This document shows positions 48,277 through 54,850 of a stretch of 54,850 nt of DNA, one piece after another. The translations under genes and the position numbers were made by a program. Source of the stretch: Candidatus Komeilibacteria bacterium CG11_big_fil_rev_8_21_14_0_20_36_20 (GTDB lineage Bacteria; Patescibacteriota; Patescibacteriia; UBA1558; GWA2-36-10); NCBI GenBank assembly GCA_002787405.1, contig PCWQ01000014.1, forward strand, positions 1 through 54,850, written 5' to 3'. The stretch's first letter is position 1. The number at the start of each line of letters is the position of its first letter. The notes under the pieces were generated by a model that saw only the letters and a list, made by a program, of their open reading frames with translations, was not told the DNA's origin and did no database searches.

Positions 48277-49773
48277 ATGCCAGAAGTCATTTATCGTAAA
48301 TATAGGCCAAAGACCTTTAAGGAGGTTGTTGGCCAAAAACCAATCAAACTTACTCTGCAAAATGAAATTGTTTCTAAACAAATAGCTCATGCATATTTGT
48401 TTGTTGGTCCGCGTGGGACTGGTAAAACAACTCTAGCCAGATTGTTTGCCCGTTCTTTAAATTGTCTAGATCGCTCAGTTGATCAATCTGAACCTTGTAA
48501 TAAATGCGAAATTTGTCAGCTCATCTTAAACAACCGATCAATGGACATTATTGAGATTGACGCTGCTTCTCATACTGGTGTTGATAATGTAAGAGAAAAT
48601 ATTATTGCTAACGCTCAAATCCCTCCTTTTAATAATAAGGGTTGTAAGGTTTTTGTGATTGATGAAGTGCATATGCTTTCTAAATCCGCCTTTAATGCCC
48701 TGCTAAAAACATTAGAGGAGCCGCCTAAACACGTTATTTTTATTTTAGCGACCACTGAAATTCATAAAGTGCCGGAAACTATTATTTCCCGCTGTCAGAG
48801 GTTTGATTTTAAAAAAATTCCTCAACAGGATATTATCAAAAGATTGACGGAAATTATTGAATGGGAAAAAATTGAAGTACCAGAGCATATCTTAGCTGAG
48901 ATCTCTAGAAAATCAGAGGGTTGTTTAAGAGATGCGGAATCATTGCTTGGTCAGATTATTTCTTTAGACCAAACTAAAATCACTGATGAATTGGCTTCTT
49001 TAGTTCTGCCGCGCAGTAATTGGCAAGAAATCAATAATTTAGTAGAAGGTTTGCGTCTTAATAATTTGGCCACTACTTTAAACCAGATTAATAAATTAGT
49101 GGAAGAGGGGATTGATTTAAAAATTTTTATAGATGACTTAATAGATTATCTGCGGCAAATAATGCTCTATCAAATTATTGGTCCTAGCTTTAATTTAGAT
49201 TTCGCCGATGACATAGTCGAAAATCTTAAAGAACATGCTCAAGAATTTCCTTTAGACGATTTATCGCGACTGTTAAACATTCTCTTGGATAAATTATCAA
49301 TAAAAGAATCAATAATAGATCAGTTGCCTTTAGAACTGGGCTGTGTAGAATTTTTAACAGATAAAAAATTAGACCAAGACTATCAGATCCCCAAAATTGA
49401 TTCATCCGATCTGCCAGAACATCAACCCTCCAATGACGATTTTAAAAAAGTCCAAGATCATTGGTCTTTAATAATCAAAGAAACCAAACCCTTTAATCAT
49501 TCTTTATCGGCTATTCTGCAGACTAGCCATCCTTTATCAATTGATCAGCAAAAATTGATTATTGGTTTAGAATACGGTTTTCATTTGGAGCAACTAGATA
49601 AACCGAAAGTTAAAAATCATTTATCCGGAATTTTAAGTAGAATTTTAGGTCATAAAATAAATGTTGGTTTTCAAGTAGATGAAGATTATAAAAAAAGTCA
49701 TCAGAAATTTAAAGGTGGTCATGAAAAAGAAGTAGAGGAGGCCATTGACACTTTTGGCGGAGAAATAGTATAA
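48277..49773 (+). CDS. dnaX: DNA polymerase III gamma/tau subunit
   Basis: YRKYRP, GPRGTGKT, EIDAAS, IDEVHML, TIISRC. Confidence 0.96.
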   Translation: MPEVIYRKYRPKTFKEVVGQKPIKLTLQNEIVSKQIAHAYLFVGPRGTGKTTLARLFARSLNCLDRSVDQSEPCNKCEICQLILNNRSMDIIEIDAASHTGVDNVRENIIANAQIPPFNNKGCKVFVIDEVHMLSKSAFNALLKTLEEPPKHVIFILATTEIHKVPETIISRCQRFDFKKIPQQDIIKRLTEIIEWEKIEVPEHILAEISRKSEGCLRDAESLLGQIISLDQTKITDELASLVLPRSNWQEINNLVEGLRLNNLATTLNQINKLVEEGIDLKIFIDDLIDYLRQIMLYQIIGPSFNLDFADDIVENLKEHAQEFPLDDLSRLLNILLDKLSIKESIIDQLPLELGCVEFLTDKKLDQDYQIPKIDSSDLPEHQPSNDDFKKVQDHWSLIIKETKPFNHSLSAILQTSHPLSIDQQKLIIGLEYGFHLEQLDKPKVKNHLSGILSRILGHKINVGFQVDEDYKKSHQKFKGGHEKEVEEAIDTFGGEIV

Positions 49774-49792
49774 AGAAGTTTGTTCCAAATAT

Positions 49793-49847
49793 TCGGGGAT
49801 CGCCCGCCTGCAACGCTTCGCGTAGCGATGCGGGCAGGTAGAACACT
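49793..49847 (+). pseudogene. tRNA-Gln 5' fragment 1 interrupted by a palindrome
   Basis: TCGGGGATCG-[CCCGCCTGCA...TGCGGGCAGG]-TAGAACACT. Confidence 0.65.
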
Positions 49848-49848
49848 T

Positions 49849-49914
49849 ATTAAAACTTATATGAAGACTGATTTTGGAAGAACATACTTGAATAAAAGAA
49901 TCAGTAAAACATAA
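49849..49914 (+). pseudogene. GIY-YIG nuclease C-terminal remnant
   Basis: Frame reads IKTYMKTDFGRTYLNKRISKT*, resembling the Y-x-K-T/S-x-x-G-R tail of small GIY-YIG proteins. Confidence 0.45.
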
Positions 49915-49926
49915 TTTATATTTTAT

Positions 49927-49987
49927 TCGGGGATCGTCTAATGGTAGGACACTAGGTTCTCCTGCCTGCCGGCAGGTAAGGGTCCTG
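49927..49987 (+). pseudogene. tRNA-Gln 5' half 2 with a 20-nt palindrome in the anticodon
   Basis: TCGGGGATCGTCTAATGGTAGGACACTAGGTTCT-[CCTGCCTGCCGGCAGGTAAG]-GGTCCTG; no T-arm or 3' acceptor strand. Confidence 0.85.
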
Positions 49988-50015
49988 TCCAAAACTATAA
50001 ATAAGAAGAGTGATT

Positions 50016-50150
50016 ATGAAACATTTTGTTTATATTTTAATCAGTCAAAAAAGATCTAATTGGTCATATGAACGTGAAATTTATTTAAAATCCGGAATAG
50101 GTCGAGAAGAAAAAGACAAAATTATTAAAAAATATTTCGGGATCGTCTAA
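50016..50150 (+). pseudogene. Internally deleted GIY-YIG nuclease (44 aa)
   Basis: MKHFVYILISQKRSNWSY joined directly to EREIYLKSGIGRE; stop codon lies inside the tRNA. Confidence 0.7.
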
Positions 50151-50209
50151 TGGTAGGACATCAGGTTCTGGTCCTGAGAATCTAGGTTCGAGTCCTAGTC
50201 CCGAAGCCA
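50136..50209 (+). tRNA. tRNA-Gln(CTG)
   Basis: Acceptor TTCGGGA/TCCCGAA, anticodon arm TCAGG-TTCTGGT-CCTGA, GTTCGA, CCA. Confidence 0.96.
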
Positions 50210-50244
50210 AAACAAAAAACGAAAATTATTAATATAAATAAATT

Positions 50245-50736
50245 ATGAAAAATTTTAATCGAGGTAATAGATTTAATGATAGAAGAGGAGGAGGCGATTT
50301 TGCTGGAAGAGATCAAAAACGTGGTTTTAATCGAGGGGGCGGTAGACCAGTTATGCATCAAGCTATTTGTGACGCTTGCAAACAAAATTGTGAGGTGCCA
50401 TTTAAACCAAGTGGTGATAAACCAATATTTTGTAATACTTGTTTTTCCAAACAAGGTGGTGGTGCTTCCAGATCACATAGATTTAACAGTGATAGAAGAG
50501 AAAGCCAAAGACCTCGTTTTGAAGATAGAGGTGGTAGCCAGTCAAATCAAGATTCTCAAGAAATCCTAAAAGGTATTAAGACTTTAAATTATAAACTTGA
50601 TGAGCTGATAAAAGCATTGGGTTCTAAAGCTCCAGCCAAAGGTACGGAAAAGACTAAAGAAGTGAAAACTACTTCTAAAAAGAAAGTAGCAAAGAAAAAA
50701 ACTGTCAAAAAATCTGCCAAAAATAAAAAGAAATAG
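50245..50736 (+). CDS. CxxC-x17-CxxC zinc-ribbon protein with RG-rich N-terminus and Lys-rich tail
   Basis: MHQAICDACKQNCEVPFKPSGDKPIFCNTCF. Confidence 0.88.
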   Translation: MKNFNRGNRFNDRRGGGDFAGRDQKRGFNRGGGRPVMHQAICDACKQNCEVPFKPSGDKPIFCNTCFSKQGGGASRSHRFNSDRRESQRPRFEDRGGSQSNQDSQEILKGIKTLNYKLDELIKALGSKAPAKGTEKTKEVKTTSKKKVAKKKTVKKSAKNKKK

Positions 50737-50755
50737 TTTTTTGATTATAAAAACA

Positions 50756-50790
50756 AAAAGCCGTTAATTAAATAATTAAACGGTTTTTTG
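50756..50790 (+). terminator. Intrinsic terminator
   Basis: AAAAAGCCGTT...AACGGTTTTTT. Confidence 0.7.
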
Positions 50791-50852
50791 ATTAAAATGA
50801 TCTCACTACTACCCCTTGCTAAAAATTAATATTTTTAGTAGTATTAGAGCTT

Positions 50853-52643
50853 ATGGAGATTAGAAACATTGCCATCATTGCTCACGTTGACCATGGTAAA
50901 ACAGCTTTAACTGACGCCATACTTAAACAAACCGGTATGGTTTCGGATGAAAATGCCACTATGGATTCAAACGCTTTGGAAAAAGAGCGGGGTATTACGA
51001 TTTATTCAAAAAATGCTTCCGTATTTTATAAAGACACTAAGATTAACATTGTTGATACTCCTGGACATGCAGATTTTGGTTCAGAAGTTGAAAGAGTCTT
51101 GCGCTCCATTGATAGTGTCTTGTTAGTAGTTGACGCTCAAGAAGGACCAATGCCGCAAACCAGATTTGTTTTAAAAAAATCTTTAGAATTGGGCCACAAA
51201 CCAATCTTAGTCCTAAATAAAATTGATAAAACAGCTGCTGATCCTCATCGAGCTCACGAGCAAGTTCTGGAATTATTTATGGATCTCGGAGCAACTGATG
51301 AACAATTGGATTTTACAACCATCTATAGTATTGCTAAAAATGGTATTGCTAAACGATATTTAACTGATGAATCATTAGATATAACACCATTGCTAGATAT
51401 GATTCTAGAAAAAGTTGACCCCGCGCAATCACAAGTTGATTTACCTTTACGATTTCAATCATTTAATCTTGGCTATGACAATTTTTTGGGTCGTTTAGCA
51501 ATCGGTCGAGTTTATGAAGGAACAATTTCTATTAAAGATAATTTAATTCTCAAAAAAACTAATGGCCAGAATATTAAAGGCAAGGCCACGAAATTATTTA
51601 CTTTTCATGGTTTAGAAAGAAAAGAAATAGACCAAGCTATCGCTGGTGATATTGTTATGATTGCTGGTTTTCCAGACATTGATATTGGTGAGACTATTTG
51701 TGTCTCTCTTGAGCAGCCACCTTTACCAGCTATTATGGTAGATGAACCAACTATTTCTTTAAATTTTTTAGTAAATAATTCTCCCTTTGCTGGTCGCGAA
51801 GGTAAATATGTAACTAACAAACAACTTAAAGAAAGACTAGAAAAAGAATTAGAAATCAATGTTGGAATGAAGATTGATTTTTCCAGCGATACTTTCAAAG
51901 TATATAGCAGAGGAGAGTTACATGTTGCTATATTGATTGAAACTATGCGTCGGGAGGGTTATGAACTACAAGTATCTCAACCACAAGTCATTATAGAAGA
52001 AAGAGAGGGTAAAAAATTTGAACCCTTTGAAGAAGTAACTATTGATGTTCCAGAAGTTAGTTCTGGTATTGTTATGGAAAAAATGGGCAAACGAAAAGGA
52101 GTTGTTACTGCTATGAAAAACGACAACGGTCAAATGCGTCTCATATTTGAAATACCAACTAGAGGTCTGCTTGGTTATCGTGGTGAATTTACTATCGATA
52201 CCCGTGGCGAAGGTATTTTATGTTCTCGGGTGCTTGATTATCGTCCTTATACTGGCACCATAAAAAAACGCGATGTTGGCTCTATGATTTCAATGGCTAC
52301 TGGCAAAGCTTTAGGATTTTCTTTATTCAATCTTCAAGACCGCGGCACACTCTATATTGGACCAAACATAGAAGTCTATGAGGGTATGGTTATCGGTAAC
52401 ACTGCCAAAGGATTTGATATGATGGTCAACCCCATTAAGGGTAAACAACTAAGCAATATGCGTAGCTCAGGGGCTGATGAGGCTATTACTTTGACTCCAC
52501 CAAATATCTTAACCATTGAAAAAGGATTAGAGATTATTTCTGAAGATGAATACTTGGAAGTAACCCCAAAATCCATTCGTTTACGTAAACAAGGTTTGAC
52601 TGAAAATGAACGACGTAAATCTCAGCGTCAGCCAGCAAAGTAA
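50853..52643 (+). CDS. typA: Translational GTPase TypA/BipA
   Basis: IRNIAIIAHVDHGKT, RGELH, EVTPKSIRLRK. Confidence 0.97.
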   Translation: MEIRNIAIIAHVDHGKTALTDAILKQTGMVSDENATMDSNALEKERGITIYSKNASVFYKDTKINIVDTPGHADFGSEVERVLRSIDSVLLVVDAQEGPMPQTRFVLKKSLELGHKPILVLNKIDKTAADPHRAHEQVLELFMDLGATDEQLDFTTIYSIAKNGIAKRYLTDESLDITPLLDMILEKVDPAQSQVDLPLRFQSFNLGYDNFLGRLAIGRVYEGTISIKDNLILKKTNGQNIKGKATKLFTFHGLERKEIDQAIAGDIVMIAGFPDIDIGETICVSLEQPPLPAIMVDEPTISLNFLVNNSPFAGREGKYVTNKQLKERLEKELEINVGMKIDFSSDTFKVYSRGELHVAILIETMRREGYELQVSQPQVIIEEREGKKFEPFEEVTIDVPEVSSGIVMEKMGKRKGVVTAMKNDNGQMRLIFEIPTRGLLGYRGEFTIDTRGEGILCSRVLDYRPYTGTIKKRDVGSMISMATGKALGFSLFNLQDRGTLYIGPNIEVYEGMVIGNTAKGFDMMVNPIKGKQLSNMRSSGADEAITLTPPNILTIEKGLEIISEDEYLEVTPKSIRLRKQGLTENERRKSQRQPAK

Positions 52644-52672
52644 TAAAAATAAACTTATGATATAATTTAGGT

Positions 52673-53683
52673 ATGCAAAAAGATAGAGATAATACCATAG
52701 ATCAAGCTTTTAAAAACAATAAAGTCAGCGGGCTTTTAGAAATCGGTCATCAACCAGAACATATTGAATCACTGATTTCCCATCTTTATCTTTATCCCCA
52801 GACAGTCTATAAAATATATAAAAGAAATAATCAGGATTTTAATCAGAAATTTGTTAATCTTGCTGATGATAAATTAAGAAAAAAATTTATTAGGCAGGAC
52901 TTTTTTTGGAATAATTATTTTAATAAAGAGGTTTATCAAAGATTATTTGGTTTTAATGTTACGGATGGAACTGTAGAAATCGTGACTGACCCAGAATTAG
53001 CAGAGGATTTAGTTATTCAAATGTCGCGCATTAATGCTCAACATAATCTGACCTCTGTTTTAAAACAAGGCCAATTAAAAAAAGATGACTTACGGACTAT
53101 TGGTTATAAAATGACCAAACAAATAGCGGAATTTCCCCAACAGCCAGATCAAAATTTTGACTATTTTGTCAACTTTATGCAACGGCTCCATGATTTAAGA
53201 GAATGGGGATATTTAGCAGCCCCTCATATTTATAAAGAAAATATTGATCAATCCATCAATAGCTTAATTGCCTTCACTGAAAAAAGGAAACAAAAGTTTA
53301 TTCCCATCACAAACCAGGCTCCAGTAATCTCTATAGATAGCCACTCAGATAATGTTGTTTATAAAAACAACCAGCTTCAGTTTATAGATGTAATGCTACC
53401 AAAAGAAGCTTGGCAAGCATCAGAACCAATCCATAATATCGCTCGTTTATCATTGGATATACTTATCTGGCTGGGTCAGAAAGAAGCTGATACTTTTATT
53501 CAGGGATACAAAGATTATTATAAAATTAGCAAAATTGAAGAAGATGTTTTGCTGTTTCATCAATTATACAGTGCCCTAGTCAAAGCACCTTATATTTTTA
53601 TGCTGCCTGCTGATAAAGAGGATCGGACAAAAGAAGCTAATCAATATAAAAAATTTATTTTAGAAAATTATCAAAGACTATAA
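52673..53683 (+). CDS. Aminoglycoside phosphotransferase-like kinase domain protein
   Basis: IESLISH, VYKIYK, DSHSDN catalytic-loop equivalent, FID metal motif. Confidence 0.65.
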   Translation: MQKDRDNTIDQAFKNNKVSGLLEIGHQPEHIESLISHLYLYPQTVYKIYKRNNQDFNQKFVNLADDKLRKKFIRQDFFWNNYFNKEVYQRLFGFNVTDGTVEIVTDPELAEDLVIQMSRINAQHNLTSVLKQGQLKKDDLRTIGYKMTKQIAEFPQQPDQNFDYFVNFMQRLHDLREWGYLAAPHIYKENIDQSINSLIAFTEKRKQKFIPITNQAPVISIDSHSDNVVYKNNQLQFIDVMLPKEAWQASEPIHNIARLSLDILIWLGQKEADTFIQGYKDYYKISKIEEDVLLFHQLYSALVKAPYIFMLPADKEDRTKEANQYKKFILENYQRL

Positions 53684-53688
53684 AATTT

Positions 53689-53724
53689 AAAAAACACCCT
53701 GAGCGTAGTCGAAAGGTGTTTTTT
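53689..53724. terminator. Bidirectional terminator built on a CCCTGAGCGTAGTCGAA palindrome
   Basis: AAAAACACC...GGTGTTTTT between convergent genes. Confidence 0.7.
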
Positions 53725-53732
53725 AAATAAGA

Positions 53733-54200
53733 TTATTTCAATAACTTTGGCATTCTCATACTACTAGCAAAACTACTACTAGAAGCTAGCTGACCTCCAG
53801 AATAATTTGGGCTTAAAGGATTATTAAGAGAATCGTTTGGTTTATAAAGTTGAGTGCGGGGAAGGTCTTTTTTTGGTTTTGGCAATTCTTTTTTCACTGC
53901 CTTGGGGATTGATTTTGGCGAAGCTAGTTTTTGCGATTGAGTACCCCAAGTATTTAATAATTTTTTAACATCTTTTTTATTTCTATCAGTCAAGCTTGAG
54001 TCTGCTTTTAAGATTCTCTGATAATCTCCTCTTTGCCGTGAAGTATCATATTCGCCTCTGCGAATAGCTTGCGTCCTTTCTTTAATAACGCTATCTATAG
54101 CCTCTACTTTATTATGCAAACCCTTAAATTCACCCTGTCTGGTAAACTCCTGAATCTTTTTTGGGTCATATTTTTTTACTTGATTATCTGAATCACTCAT
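53733..54200 (-). CDS. Hypothetical basic, low-complexity protein
   Basis: 155-aa ORF filling the gap; no recognisable domain. Confidence 0.7.
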   Translation of the reverse strand: MSDSDNQVKKYDPKKIQEFTRQGEFKGLHNKVEAIDSVIKERTQAIRRGEYDTSRQRGDYQRILKADSSLTDRNKKDVKKLLNTWGTQSQKLASPKSIPKAVKKELPKPKKDLPRTQLYKPNDSLNNPLSPNYSGGQLASSSSFASSMRMPKLLK

Positions 54201-54282
54201 ATAATTTTATAATAATTAACTCTTAAAATATAGCATATTTATGATATATTGACAAAAATTAAAGATAAAATAAACTTTTAAT

Positions 54283-54394
54283 ATTATAGTTCTCTTAACC
54301 GCACATAGGAGAAACATTCACAGTCCTAGCTCCCTCTCCTATCCAGCGGATGTCCCGGGTTGTTTATGTGCCTCCTTACCCGGGACTATTTTTA
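54283..54394 (+). ncRNA. Candidate small RNA (two hairpins)
   Basis: TTGACA-16-TAAACT upstream; CCGC..ATAGGAGA/TCTCCTAT..GCGG stem; GTCCCGGGT/ACCCGGGAC stem followed by a T tract. Confidence 0.5.
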
Positions 54395-54423
54395 TTGACA
54401 AAAACTAACTTTTGTGTTAGTTT
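54395..54423 (+). promoter_or_regulatory. Promoter with overlapping palindromic operator
   Basis: TTGACA-17-TAGTTT; AAACTAAC-N6-GTTAGTTT. Confidence 0.6.
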
Positions 54424-54487
54424 GACCTAACTATATTTTCATGTTAATTTATACATTCGAATATTTAACTTTAATTTAATTAACCAT

Positions 54488-54765
54488 ATGTTATCAAGAA
54501 GAATAAATAAAATTAGCATTTTATCCCTTTTATTAATCATTACTGTTATTTTTAGTGGTTGTAGTGTTAAAAGTGACGCCAGCGAGGGAAATGCTCCTAA
54601 AAAACAAGTACAAGTACAGAAAATTGCTAGACAAAATCAAGTCACTACCGATTTAGTTGTCAGCGGCACTGTCATTCCTAAAGAATACAGCTTGATACGC
54701 AGTTTAACGCCTGGCACTATTGAATATTTAGCTCCGGTTGGCTCTCAAGTTTATCTTGGTCAGCC
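54488..54765 (+). pseudogene. Efflux (RND/MacA-type) periplasmic adaptor lipoprotein, 5' part, interrupted
   Basis: Lipobox FSGC, SGTV.P, lipoyl half-motif GTIEYL..VGSQVYLGQP, then abrupt foreign sequence. Confidence 0.7.
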
Positions 54766-54850
54766 TGGTGGGTACCCATTTCTTTAGACAATCTGTCTAT
54801 ACTCTAATTGGCACATAATTAGTTAATAATCTTTGCTTCCTAGCATATAT
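54766..54850 (-). mobile_element. Probable IS3-family right end
   Basis: Minus strand: open frame ...IYARKQRLLTNYVPIRV* followed by TGTCTAAAGAAATGGGTACCCACCA (CA terminus). Confidence 0.55.

Noticed and set aside
48277-49773. dnaX programmed -1 frameshift
   Set aside because: The only A-run ending in G that I noticed (about 49690) is near the stop and has no obvious stimulatory hairpin.
49927-49990. Intron-containing or split tRNA (the 5' half could pair with the 3' duplicate at 8771-8821)
   Set aside because: There is no 3' exon in cis, the insert is a dispersed repeat without group I or bulge-helix-bulge features, and both intact Gln tRNAs exist.
49793-50165. CRISPR-like repeat array
   Set aside because: The repeats are tRNA-derived, spaced 134 and 209 bp apart, and no cas genes are present.
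49645-50569. ORFs 49645-49992(-), 50182-50454(-) and 50276-50569(+)
   Set aside because: They overlap dnaX, tRNA sequences or the CxxC gene and lack independent signals.
544-52576. Numerous 60-110 aa antisense or alternative-frame ORFs inside long genes
   Set aside because: They are nested in or largely overlap well-supported CDSs, as expected from codon bias.

Overview
AT-rich bacterial chromosome segment using genetic code 11 (TGA acts as stop). Gene content points to a Patescibacteria/CPR (Parcubacteria/ABY1-like) genome; this is inferred from the TrbC/VirB2-type pilin, the TrwB/VirD4-like ATPase module, DUF4012, the PEGA protein, the CxxC-x17-CxxC protein and core genes lacking Shine-Dalgarno (SD) sites. 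The core backbone is lexA, murA, ctpA, pyrG, pfkB-pduL-ackA, recJ-rnhA, holB...frr-rseP-proS-mreB-mreC-mreD-mrdA-greA-mreB, a GT4/sugar-transferase cluster around rnpB, murJ-lepA, dnaX and typA, with two tRNA-Gln genes (TTG and CTG). Five things are not explained by this backbone. (1) A decayed tandem array of [tRNA-Gln 5' half + GIY-YIG nuclease remnant] lies upstream of tRNA-Gln(CTG), with palindromic elements inserted into the dead tRNA halves; a similarly interrupted 3'-end duplicate follows tRNA-Gln(TTG). (2) Two promoter-to-terminator structured ncRNA candidates (about 6.8-7.0 kb, minus strand, 6S-like; about 54.3 kb, plus strand) share anti-SD-like UGCCUCC motifs. (3) Self-contained accessory cassettes carry an SD, including a paralogous SPFH-like pair and a beta-propeller with a T9SS-type tail. 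(4) Several palindromic/MITE families are present, one of which supplies start codons. (5) An IS3-like end truncates the last gene. No CRISPR array or rRNA was seen.
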